A DNA stretch of 64,000 bases, taken from positions 201,844-265,843 of the forward strand of contig CBDBFU010000028.1 in assembly GCA_965205025.1 (NCBI GenBank), in the 5' to 3' direction. Within the stretch, counting starts at the first letter, position 1, and each line of letters begins with the position of its first letter. The translations under genes and the position numbers were made by a program. This DNA is from Candidatus Poribacteria bacterium. GTDB taxonomy: Bacteria; Poribacteria; WGA-4E; WGA-3G. This document shows, in pieces, positions 9,612 through 19,116 of this stretch. The notes beneath the pieces were generated by a model. That model was not told where the DNA came from. It did no database searches and worked only from the letters and a program-made list of their open reading frames with translations.

Positions 9612-11543
9612 TCATATCCAACTATATACTGCGGAACGTAATACCAAACTCAATAAAGGCCAAAAACAACCCATCAACGCTTCACCTAATACCAATCCAA
9701 TGAAGAATGGGATAGCCTTTCGGTATGCATTAATCCCACCGTTCCGCAAAATAATCCACTTCGTAACCATTGCAATTAAGAGTGGAAACCAAATAACATC
9801 TGTTGTACCTGGTGCCACTCCAATCACATATCCTGCAGGATGGAGTGGACACCATACAAAGCGAGACCGTAGAAACATTATTCCCAAATTCGCAAAAAAG
9901 GTTATACCGAGAACACTACTGGCTAACCAATCCATCGGCTTTGGATTTACTAACCATGATGATAGGAAATTATATGTATCTGCACCCCCCGCATGTATTT
10001 GCTCAGAACCCGCAGCAACACCCTCACTATAAATCGTATACGGATACAGTATTAGACTTGATAAGATTCCGACAAGACTGGCTATTACCAGAACTGTAAA
10101 CATCGTCCGGTTACGGATACTTGTTCTTTCTGCCAGTTTAAACGCCTCAAGTTGATCAGGCATTGGATGTGTACGGAATGAAGCATAACTCGCACCACTC
10201 AACCAATTCATCAGAGAGAGCATCGTCAAATTCCCCGCACGTAAACGTCTGGTTCCAAGAAGTGAAATCATCATATATTGAGGTGTTAAATACCCAATAG
10301 CGTGTATTGGAGGACCCAGTTCCGCACGCATACGTGTTAAACCGACTACAATCAGCAAATATATCACAATAAATACGACAAATGCCCACAACGACATCCC
10401 TCCTCGAATACAAAATATAGCCAGCAATAAGAGTGATAGAGCTAAGATGATTAATGTTGTGCGATGGGATAATGCTTCATTCTTAGCTTCTAATGACTTT
10501 GGTCGAATTGCTTGGGATAATACCAATGCAAAATGCTTCCTACCATTCCAACAGGCAATTGCAAGTAACGCAAGTAATGCACCTGCTCCTTGTTCACCTA
10601 AAAAGGGGTATCCCTGTACTTTAGATACACCTGAAGCACTACCAAAAAGCAATTGGATCTTCTTCATCATATAGAAGAACGTACAGGAAAATGCCAAATC
10701 AAGTGGAAGAATAAACGAGAATCCTATCAGATAAGGATGAACACGAAGCGGAGTACTACCCATTGCATTCCACGGTTTTTGCGTAAAATACATGTTAAGA
10801 TTGTATTTTCTGACAGGAATTTCTGGCAATATAGGATAGAAATACTGCAACCCATTTAGTAGATTAATACCAGCAGCGATACCAAAACCTATCCATAATA
10901 ACTTACTTCTAAATACACCACGGTTTGTGGTTATCTCCAGTGGGATCTGTATAATTGGATATGCAAGTTTCTCATTCTCTATCCACTGCTTTCTGATTAA
11001 CGATGTCAAACATAGAAAAATGAGCATCAATAAGAAAATCACCGCAGACCAGGACAGAATAGGAACTATCCAATAATTTAAATATCCTCCAGTAAAGAAG
11101 TTAACATTACCTTCGTAAAAATCATTGACTGTTTTTGGGTCTTTTACGACAAGCCATTCAGGCAGGTGATGGAATAACAATGCTTCCCAATCATTCTCTG
11201 GCGTAGCAAAACGATACGCATAAGGGATCAATCCCATTAATCGAGGCATGCAGTCATGACCTGAAAATGCACTCCCAACTGCAAGCATACTATACACAAC
11301 AATAAGATCACGCTGCGAAAGTGAGATCTGCGGGGCAATGCTACGTAACCAAAGATTAATTACTGTAATCACAAAAATCCCAAACATCACATTCACAGAC
11401 ATTGCTACCGTCGTCAGATGGGCTGTGTGCCATATCATCTCAACATAAGCTATCCAGTAACTATTAGCGACAATTAGGAGTGTACCAATCAATACTGCCC
11501 TTTTCGCAATAGGACGTGTTGATTGTAAGTTTGTATGGTTCAT
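9612..11543 (-). CDS. Polytopic membrane protein (DUF6785/DUF6784-like, putative transporter)
   Basis: About 16 hydrophobic segments; RKQWIENEKLAYP, R.RAELG, CPLHPAGY and FFIGLVLGE motifs typical of this family. Confidence 0.65.
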   Translation of the reverse strand: MNHTNLQSTRPIAKRAVLIGTLLIVANSYWIAYVEMIWHTAHLTTVAMSVNVMFGIFVITVINLWLRSIAPQISLSQRDLIVVYSMLAVGSAFSGHDCMPRLMGLIPYAYRFATPENDWEALLFHHLPEWLVVKDPKTVNDFYEGNVNFFTGGYLNYWIVPILSWSAVIFLLMLIFLCLTSLIRKQWIENEKLAYPIIQIPLEITTNRGVFRSKLLWIGFGIAAGINLLNGLQYFYPILPEIPVRKYNLNMYFTQKPWNAMGSTPLRVHPYLIGFSFILPLDLAFSCTFFYMMKKIQLLFGSASGVSKVQGYPFLGEQGAGALLALLAIACWNGRKHFALVLSQAIRPKSLEAKNEALSHRTTLIILALSLLLLAIFCIRGGMSLWAFVVFIVIYLLIVVGLTRMRAELGPPIHAIGYLTPQYMMISLLGTRRLRAGNLTMLSLMNWLSGASYASFRTHPMPDQLEAFKLAERTSIRNRTMFTVLVIASLVGILSSLILYPYTIYSEGVAAGSEQIHAGGADTYNFLSSWLVNPKPMDWLASSVLGITFFANLGIMFLRSRFVWCPLHPAGYVIGVAPGTTDVIWFPLLIAMVTKWIILRNGGINAYRKAIPFFIGLVLGEALMGCFWPLLSLVLRSAVYSWI

Positions 11544-11698
11544 TGAAGTTGGAAGGTAAAGGCCTAAATTCTGAAAATGTACTACTGAAATTACTGAAGG
11601 TATTACGAATTATTTGGAAAGATTCTCATAGGTATGGTATACTATAAATTAGAAGTATGTCAAGATGAAAATAGAAGAATATCCAGTATATTCTCATG

Positions 11699-11744
11699 GG
11701 TTAAAACCTTAGATCACAGATCCAATTGTGCTACGGTTTTAACC
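11699..11744. repeat. Imperfect intergenic palindrome (REP-like)
   Basis: GGTTAAAACCTTAG...CTACGGTTTTAACC; the minus strand reads GTAGCACAA, like the core at 20289-20313. Confidence 0.45.
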
Positions 11745-12087
11745 TTTAGAATAAGTACAGACTATAGACCATCCTTGACAATTTTTAACATTTGTTAAAA
11801 TCACAACTTACAAGATTTTATGATTGAAGGTGTATCTATAACAGAGTTTGAAATACACTTACTCTTGTTTTCTCAATTTCTGCTATTCTAATGTATAATT
11901 CCTAATAGAATTTATATCAATAGGAACACATCAAACAATTAAACACACATTAGACTTAGGAACTTATGGATAAAACTCTATTATTTTAGCTTACACATTT
12001 TGAACTAATTTCTAAAACATACCAACCTATGGATATTGTGTAAGTTTTATTTCTTATCAATGACACCAGTATATAGGAGCTATTAAT

Positions 12088-13191
12088 ATGGAACTATCAT
12101 TTGAAAAAGATGAACTTTTATATTCACTACAAGTTGTACAAGGTGTAGCAAGTGAACGCAATACTTTGCCAATTCTACAAAATGTTCTCATCCGGGCAGA
12201 AAACGGTAAAATCGAGTTTTCCGCTACCGACTTGGAAGTTGGTATAAGAGTTGTTGTGTTAGGCACAATCAAGGAAGAAGGATCAATCACTGTTTCAGCA
12301 AAAAAATTCACTGATTTAGTGAGAGAATTACCAAGTAAACCAATTGAATTGGCTACCACAGCAAACGATCGTGTCGAATTAACATGTGGAGAAGGAGTCT
12401 ATAAAATGATTGGGCTTTCAGATGAAGACTTCCCTGAAATACCATCTGTTGATGGAGAATCAATAATTATAGACGGAAATATCTTGAATTCTGTAATTCA
12501 CAAAACCGAATTTGCTGCATCCAGAGATGAGGTCCGTTACCTACTCAACAGCCTTTATTTTAATATTCTTGAGGATAAAACTGAAATTGTCGCAACTGAT
12601 GGAACAAAACAACTCGCACTGACACATTGTGATCCGCTAAATACTCCTGATGAATCAAGCGGCTTTATCGTACCATTAAAGGCTGTCAGAGAGATTGAAA
12701 GGACATTTGCTGAATCTGGTGAAGTTAAGATCGCATTGGCAAAAAATCAACTTCTACTGGCAAATGACAATACCACACTCACAACCCGTTTGGTTGAGGG
12801 TGAATATGCCAATTACCAAGGTGTAATTCCTGAATCATCAGAAGGACGTGCTGTTGTTACAAAAGAACTATTATTGCGAGCAACAAGACGAGTGGCATTA
12901 CTTTCAAACCCTAAGAACTATTTAATCTGTTTAGAGATTGATCCAGAACGCATAACTATTTCAGCAAACTCTCCAGAACTCGGTGAAGCACGCGAAACTG
13001 TCGAAGTAGAATCAAGTACTGGAAGTGTACGGATCGGTGTTGATGCACGGGTTCTCACTGAAGTCATAGCACACATCGAAACTGATTCTCTTATCATAGA
13101 GTTTTCCGGGGAATTTACACAATTTGCTGTGAAACCGCAGAGCGATGACACCCACACATGTATCATCATGCCAATGCGGTTAGAATCATAG
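12088..13191 (+). CDS. dnaN: DNA polymerase III beta clamp
   Basis: TLPILQNV, ATDLE, ATDG, TTRLVEGEY, C-terminal IIMPMR; SD AGGAG. Confidence 0.97.
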   Translation: MELSFEKDELLYSLQVVQGVASERNTLPILQNVLIRAENGKIEFSATDLEVGIRVVVLGTIKEEGSITVSAKKFTDLVRELPSKPIELATTANDRVELTCGEGVYKMIGLSDEDFPEIPSVDGESIIIDGNILNSVIHKTEFAASRDEVRYLLNSLYFNILEDKTEIVATDGTKQLALTHCDPLNTPDESSGFIVPLKAVREIERTFAESGEVKIALAKNQLLLANDNTTLTTRLVEGEYANYQGVIPESSEGRAVVTKELLLRATRRVALLSNPKNYLICLEIDPERITISANSPELGEARETVEVESSTGSVRIGVDARVLTEVIAHIETDSLIIEFSGEFTQFAVKPQSDDTHTCIIMPMRLES

Positions 13192-13212
13192 GTTTTGAAA
13201 TAAAGGATAATT

Positions 13213-13259
13213 AAATCAACCCTATGGACTACTTACAAAGCAGACCATAGGGTTGATTT
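13213..13259. terminator. Hairpin downstream of dnaN, probable terminator
   Basis: AAATCAACCCTATGG ... CCATAGGGTTGATTT 15-bp inverted repeat just after the stop. Confidence 0.5.
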
Positions 13260-13371
13260 CGTTTGGATTAAATCCCATAGGAACGTAATGGCTATGTATA
13301 GTTGTTTAGAATACCCGTATTCTCTGTGTAAACAGTGTAATTCGTGATATAATCACTAAAGAATTTCGATC

Positions 13372-13551
13372 TTTGTACCGCAAACTTTATGAGGATTAAG
13401 TAAATATTTCGGTAATTCTATTTTTCCCAAACCCGGTAGGTGCGGTTTCCCGGGGAATGCCTTATGGCATTCATACCGTTGATTCACCGCACTGGATATT
13501 TCTCCTGAATTACCGATTTAAAAAATTAATCTTCATTTAGTTTGCGACAAA
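13372..13551. mobile_element. MITE/REPIN-like element, family B (40-45-bp inverted arms around a REP core)
   Basis: Arms 13372-13416 and 13509-13548 are near-identical to the reverse complement of 42859-42903 and 42776-42815. The core is a GGTAGGTGCGGTT REP interrupted by a 35-bp insert. Confidence 0.8.
13451..13485 (+). repeat. 35-bp hairpin micro-element, copy 1
   Basis: CGGGGAATGCCTTATGGCATTCATACCGTTGATTC; 33/35 identical to the reverse complement of 63561-63595. Confidence 0.85.
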
Positions 13552-13643
13552 AACTCATACCTGTCAAATGCAATACGTCCATTTAGGGTTGAATCCAACG
13601 TTCTATCTCAGACACGAATTCGACATTGAATCCAAAATCATAC

Positions 13644-15075
13644 CTACATTTCTTCCCCTTCTTTCTCAGGTTTTATATCCGATAAATATCTATCTTTTTC
13701 AATAATTGCCATCTCAGTCATCTTCACCATTACACTCTCCGGATGGACTGCATACCACTTTCCATCTGCAAAAGTAGTTACGGTATGGATTCTTTCACTT
13801 ATCTCAGATGATTCAGAGAAATAATCATGTGGCAACCAATTTTCAAACGTGACGCCTTCACCATTATCCCATTTCCATTTACCATCTTTTCTGTCAGCAC
13901 TTAACCCTATCCAATAAAATGTATGTCCAAATACCGCACCTAACCACTCCTGCTCCTTGGAATCGTTAATCGCTACAAGATGTGCTTTTTCTTTTTTGGC
14001 TTGAGCAATTGCCTCATCTCGTGTTCTGCATATAACTCTTTTATAGGCATGTCCATTTAAGGGATTAACGATCCATACCTCATTAGACACTGGTAGCGGA
14101 GATTGTTCTGGTGTTGGGGATTGTTGTTTTTCATCTTTTACCGTTTTCATCTTTGGTGGCAACGGTATTGGTGGAATTGGATCACTATCAAATGTAAATG
14201 TTAACCCATCAAGCCGTTGTCCAGGTTCAAGACGCACCTCTTCAGGAGGAGTCTCTAATCTCTGATACCCTAATGACAATGTGTAAATTACAGTCTTATG
14301 CCGATTACGCAGATATTGGACGAAATTGCCTTTATCATCAATCCAAATGCCAACTCCTCCACCTCCAGTGCCTCTTCCACTATCATCTTCATAACGGTGT
14401 TTAAGGGCAATCTGAATACGTGCATTTGAGAGTGGTGTACCATCCTTAAACATGACACGTCCCCGAATCCGCATACGAGGTCGCACAATTACCTCAACGT
14501 TCTTGATATGTATATCAGGATCAATCCCAAAACCAATTTCATTAAAATCATTCCTAGGATAAAAATCTATATCATTTATACGGAGAGAGACCACTTTAAC
14601 ATCAGGTTCAAAATCGTTCTCTTGAAAGCCAAAATTAGTTTGAGTAAAACCATCAATATAGTCTGGATTGAATCCTTTGTCATACCATGTCAGATAATCT
14701 TTAAGAAAATCATAAATAATTATCTGGTAAACGTTGGTCGATATTTTTTGATAAGACCCCAAAATAATGTGGTCCTGGTGGAATACCCGTTATAGAAAAA
14801 CTTCCATCCGCATTCGTCTCAGTTCGATTCATTTCAAAATAGTCATAAGGAAGATAAAGTGAAAATGTATCTCCATCATCAATTTCAAGAGGAGCGATAT
14901 AAACTGGTAATTCAGCCATGGGATTACCTTCTGTATCAACTACACGTCCCGATACTGTCCCCGTACCTTCCTGACAAATACCGAGTAGTATGAATATACT
15001 GAAGAGTGTCTGTATTATTAGAAACATTACAATTGTCTTTTCTCTAAAACCCTTTTTAATCATTATTGCCTCCAT
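13644..15075 (-). pseudogene. Secreted protein with carboxypeptidase-regulatory-like and C-type lectin domains, split by a frameshift near 14710-14720
   Basis: ORFs 14710-15075 (signal peptide, SGRVVDTEGNP) and 13644-14762 (WIVNPLNGHAYK...WIGL...WKWDNGE...FENW) together are colinear with the extracellular part of the 15108-17153 protein. Confidence 0.7.
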
Positions 15076-15107
15076 ATTAACTATGAGTCTATATTCCTAA
15101 GTTGAAA

Positions 15108-17153
15108 CTACTCAAAGTTCCCGCCATTTTTTTCTATTAAAGCTGTTTGCATCCAACGCCATCCAACATTTTCTGGACCAATATCTTCCCATTTCTCACC
15201 ATTCAAAACTACATAATCCTCATCACCGTTGTCATCGTTAGGTTCAAACTTTCCCCAATTGGTATATTCAAGAGTATCTCCATTCTGCCATTGCCATTGT
15301 CCCTCTTCATCTATATCAGTAAGACCAATTAATAGACGCCTCGGATTGAAAACCTTACTTATCCACTTCTGTTCTTCTTCATCATTTATCGTAACAAGAT
15401 ACGCATCTTCATCCTTTGCTTGTAGAATGGCATCTTCTGGACTGGTACAACTGATTTTCTTATAGGCATGTCCATTTGCAGGATTAACAACCCAAACATC
15501 TCGTGCGTCAATTCCACTATGAACTGATGCATTTGCTTGGAATTGAGGTTCCTCTTGAATATTCGGTAATATCGGTTCTGCCAAGGTAAAGGTTACTTCA
15601 TATTTCCGTTCATTAGGTTTTACAATTATCGGTTTTAATAACACCCTTTGTGTTTTATATTCAATTGACATAATGTAAAATCCAGGACCATCTAATTGAT
15701 GCCAGATAAATTGAACAAAGTTCCCAGCAATATCTGTCTTTTGTCCCCATGAAACCCCGCTTTCATCACCATCTAAATCCAAATGTTTTACTTTGAATTT
15801 AATTCGTTCATTGGCAACTGGTGTACCATCTACTTGTAACACCTTTCCCTTGACTTCTATGAATTGACGAACTGTAACTTCAATGTTGTGAAGTTTTTCT
15901 CTGGTTTTAGCAGCAAATACAATTCCACGCCCCCTTCCACTTCCAACAGTATAGAAGGTCATTCCCTTAGTTTTTATTTTTATGATTTCAGAATCCGGTT
16001 CGTAGAATGGTAACACTCCCAATAACACTGGTTCTGTGTATAGAGTCGGTATATGGAAACTACCGTCTGTATTAATTTCTGCTGGATATGCTAATGGGTC
16101 ATCAGGCCAGTCACTATCATCTGATACTTCTTGTGGAAACCAAGCTCCATTACCGTCTTCAACAGGCATAATTGCGATCTTGACATCATCAACTGGATTT
16201 CCTTTCTCATCTATGATATGACCAGAAGCCGAATAATTTTCCTTGTTATTCTGTTTGTCACTATTGTCATCACTTTCATCTGCAGCATCTACTGTTCCAA
16301 TCTGATTCTTAACATTAGGATCAGAGGGTAAATTTGAAAATACACTGGCATCTACAATGTCTACTGACATCTCAGATGTTGCTTCTATATTGTACGGTTT
16401 CTGAAATACAGCCTGACGTTGTGAACCAAATCCAAGCATCAATGCAACCAATAAAAACGTTGAAGTTGTTATAATCCAAGGCATAACTGGTTTGCCACCT
16501 GAAGACGAGGGATCAATCTGTATGCCAGTTTCTTTGATTGTTCTAACAATGTTCTCTGTTAAGTCTACTGAGGGTTGGAAACCCCCTAAAGTCTCACGTA
16601 CCATACGATCCTCCTTAGCTAAACGCCTACGCGCACGATGAAGACGGCTTTTTACTGTATTCAACGATACACCTAAAAACTCACTTATCTCTTTAATTGG
16701 ACTATCAGCGAGATAATGAAGTGTCACTACAATTCGTTCGCTTTCTGGTAACTTTTGGAGGAGACGTTGAACAAGAGCAATCCGTTTTTCTGATACGCGT
16801 TCTTCTCGTTGTGCTGACGCATAATCAGAATAATGCTGTTCCTCAAGTTGAACAATTGGAACAGTTTCTAAGGATTCCATTTTTTGCGGGGACTTTCTTA
16901 ACCATGTATCACACATGCGATTTGCTATCACATAGAGCCATCCGGCAAACAACTGGGGATTCTTCAATGTGTTGAGTTTTCTATAAGCTCTAAGGAAAGT
17001 GTCTTGTGTAATCTCTTCAGCAATATGAAAATCACCAATCTTACGCCATGCAAGCGCGTGGACACGTTTCTGGTATCTCTGCACTAAAATAGTAAATGCA
17101 TCTTGATCACCAGATAATGTCTGTTTTATCAATTGATAATCGGTAGCTTCCAT
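15108..17153 (-). CDS. ECF sigma factor fused to a TM helix, carboxypeptidase-regulatory-like repeats and a C-type lectin domain
   Basis: Sigma2 (AEEITQDTFLRAY...FAGWLYVIA), sigma4 (EISEFLGVSLNTVKSRLHRAR), TM PWIITTSTFLLVALMLG, lectin NGHAYK...LVTINDEEEQ...IGLTD...WQW..G...YTNW...EPN. ATG 17153 follows GGAG. Confidence 0.9.
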   Translation of the reverse strand: MEATDYQLIKQTLSGDQDAFTILVQRYQKRVHALAWRKIGDFHIAEEITQDTFLRAYRKLNTLKNPQLFAGWLYVIANRMCDTWLRKSPQKMESLETVPIVQLEEQHYSDYASAQREERVSEKRIALVQRLLQKLPESERIVVTLHYLADSPIKEISEFLGVSLNTVKSRLHRARRRLAKEDRMVRETLGGFQPSVDLTENIVRTIKETGIQIDPSSSGGKPVMPWIITTSTFLLVALMLGFGSQRQAVFQKPYNIEATSEMSVDIVDASVFSNLPSDPNVKNQIGTVDAADESDDNSDKQNNKENYSASGHIIDEKGNPVDDVKIAIMPVEDGNGAWFPQEVSDDSDWPDDPLAYPAEINTDGSFHIPTLYTEPVLLGVLPFYEPDSEIIKIKTKGMTFYTVGSGRGRGIVFAAKTREKLHNIEVTVRQFIEVKGKVLQVDGTPVANERIKFKVKHLDLDGDESGVSWGQKTDIAGNFVQFIWHQLDGPGFYIMSIEYKTQRVLLKPIIVKPNERKYEVTFTLAEPILPNIQEEPQFQANASVHSGIDARDVWVVNPANGHAYKKISCTSPEDAILQAKDEDAYLVTINDEEEQKWISKVFNPRRLLIGLTDIDEEGQWQWQNGDTLEYTNWGKFEPNDDNGDEDYVVLNGEKWEDIGPENVGWRWMQTALIEKNGGNFE

Positions 17154-17185
17154 CTGTCTTCTCCAAATGAATGTTTCATAATACA

Positions 17186-17215
17186 AAGACACTTAATTTC
17201 GATGCAAAGGTTGCA
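17186..17215 (-). promoter_or_regulatory. Possible autoregulatory ECF-type promoter
   Basis: Minus strand TGCAAC-N17-GTGTCTT about 35 nt upstream of the sigma ATG; resembles the AAC / GTC ECF consensus. Confidence 0.35.
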
Positions 17216-17447
17216 TAAAATGCAAATACAACAATAATTTATCAATAATAAAGTGAAAAATATACAGATTAAGAATACTATCTGTCAAAGAAAGGACTAC
17301 ATAAGGAACGAAATAATATCATTATACTGATACCATTTTCAATTGACATTTACATTACGACATATCACTAAATAGAACAAATTAGCGAAAAAGTTGTAGT
17401 CCCGTATGAAGTTAAAAAAATAAAATAGGTAATTTGGACCCAGAGCT

Positions 17448-17472
17448 GGTAGGTGCGGTTTCCTAACCGCAC
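17448..17472 (+). repeat. GTAG-type REP hairpin (family 1) abutting the IS4 left end
   Basis: GGTAGGTGCGGTT-TCCT-AACCGCAC. Confidence 0.8.
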
Positions 17473-18927
17473 TATAGGCGTCAATTTTAGAAAAAGGATG
17501 TCTGATTTTTCAATAATAATTATTGTTAAGTGAAAACACCTCCTATATAATGTATAAAAATATTACCTTTTACTTTATACAAGAGGTGTTTCCAATGAAT
17601 ACATTATCACAGGTTCCTGAAAAAATGCAACAGATTCTAACAACCATTGCTGATGAAGCAGCCCTTGAAACAGGATTTTGCAAAAGAAATCGAAAACTTG
17701 CGGGGAGTCATTTTGCTCAGACACTTATTTATAGTTGGTTAGAAAATCCTGATGCCACCTATACTCAACTTACACATACTGCTGCTTCTCTCGGTACTCC
17801 AATCTCACGACAAGCGATTGAACAACGATTTACTGCTGAAGCTGCACAAACCCTCAAAGCAATCCTTGACGCGGCTGCGTCCGAAGTGATTTCTGCGGAT
17901 CCACAAGTTCTCCCACTCCTTGAACAGTTCAACGGTATCTATATACAAGATAGTTCCTGGATAACACTCCCTGATACGCTTCACGATATTTGGGAAGGTG
18001 CCAGTAAAAAGGATTATCCGAACAAATCCGAACTGAAACTCCATCTACGCTTCGATGTTGCTACAGGGACATTCGAACACTTTCAACTCACCAACGGCAT
18101 CACCGCTGATAGCACTGTAGAAAAACAGATTGACCGGCTCCCCCAAGGGAGTTTACGCCTTGCGGATCTCGGTTATTTTTCGCTACAAACCCTTCAAGAA
18201 CTTACGGACGAAGGGGTCTTTTGGATTTCACGGTATAAAGTTAGGTGTTCGGTTTTTGACAATACAGGAAAGCCTCTTTGTTTACATAAATGGCTCAAGT
18301 TTCAGACCGAAAACATTATCGAAACAGATATTTTCATAGGTTCAAAAAAGCGGATGAAAGTAAGATTAGTAGCTCAGAGACTCTCCGAAGAAGAAACCGA
18401 AAAACGACGACGAGATATCAACTATCGTGCTAAACGAAAGCATACACAAGCATCACAGGCACGACTCCAACTCGCAGGTTGGAATATCTACATTACAAAT
18501 ATTGGAACGGATCAACTCACCGCTGAACAGATATGTGTCATTGCGCGGATTCGATGGCAGATCGAGTTGATATTTAAGTGCTTTAAAAGCCTTGGAAAAG
18601 TAGACACATCACGAAGTAAAAAACCGTATCGTATTCTATGTGAAATATATGCTAAACTGATCGCTGCAATCATTCGGCATTGGGTGATGTTGGTCATAGG
18701 ATGGCGATGTTTACGGCATAGTTTATCGAAAACAGTAGAGCTTATTACGTCCTACACACGCACAATCACAATAAGCTTTCGCAAGTCAAAGAGACATCTT
18801 AGAGAGACATTTGATGAGATAAAACAAGTATTCGAAAACGGGTGCTACATTGAAAGAAGAGCTAATAGAAAAACAACATTGGAATATCTTGAAAATGCTA
18901 CAAAAAACCGCTAAATTGACGCCTATG
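17473..18927 (+). mobile_element. IS4-family insertion sequence (ISH8-like ends)
   Basis: Terminal IRs TATAGGCGTCAATTTTAG (17473-17490) and CTAAATTGACGCCTATG (18911-18927). The transposase stop lies inside the right IR. Confidence 0.85.
17595..18914 (+). CDS. IS4-family DDE transposase
   Basis: IQDSS, LADLGY, RWQIELIFKCFKS ((Y)REK-like signature); GAGGTG SD before ATG 17595. Confidence 0.92.
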   Translation: MNTLSQVPEKMQQILTTIADEAALETGFCKRNRKLAGSHFAQTLIYSWLENPDATYTQLTHTAASLGTPISRQAIEQRFTAEAAQTLKAILDAAASEVISADPQVLPLLEQFNGIYIQDSSWITLPDTLHDIWEGASKKDYPNKSELKLHLRFDVATGTFEHFQLTNGITADSTVEKQIDRLPQGSLRLADLGYFSLQTLQELTDEGVFWISRYKVRCSVFDNTGKPLCLHKWLKFQTENIIETDIFIGSKKRMKVRLVAQRLSEEETEKRRRDINYRAKRKHTQASQARLQLAGWNIYITNIGTDQLTAEQICVIARIRWQIELIFKCFKSLGKVDTSRSKKPYRILCEIYAKLIAAIIRHWVMLVIGWRCLRHSLSKTVELITSYTRTITISFRKSKRHLRETFDEIKQVFENGCYIERRANRKTTLEYLENATKNR

Positions 18928-18952
18928 GTGCGGTTAGGAAACCGCACCTACC
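18928..18952 (-). repeat. GTAG-type REP hairpin (family 1), inverted, abutting the IS4 right end
   Basis: GTGCGGTTAGGAAACCGCACCTACC is the exact reverse complement of 17448-17472. Confidence 0.8.
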
Positions 18953-18971
18953 GGGTTTTAGAAATATGAAA

Positions 18972-19116
18972 ATTACCGAATTTAAAAGTTAATCTTGATG
19001 AAGATTGCGATACAAATATCGGGCGGGTAGACCCCGCCCCTACGAAGAGGAAGAGAAGAGTCGGGAATCGGAGTTCCCTCCTACAGAAGAGACTAATGAA
19101 TAAATTAATACCTATG
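18972..19116. repeat. Cluster of repeat modules: family-B arm, REP family 2, REP family 3 and a degenerate IS4-type end
   Basis: Arm AATTACCGAATTTAAAAGTTAATCTT...GCGATACAAA; GGGCGGGTAGACCCCGCCCCTACG (19021-19044, cf. 42818-42841); TCGGGAATCGGAGTTCCCTCCTACAGAAGA (19061-19090, cf. 38069-38097, 56789-56818); TAAATTAATACCTATG (19101-19116). Confidence 0.7.

Noticed and set aside
14710-14712. TGA ending the 121-aa ORF as a third selenocysteine codon
   Set aside because: Followed in frame by TTT TCT TAA, with no redox motif; homology continues in another frame.
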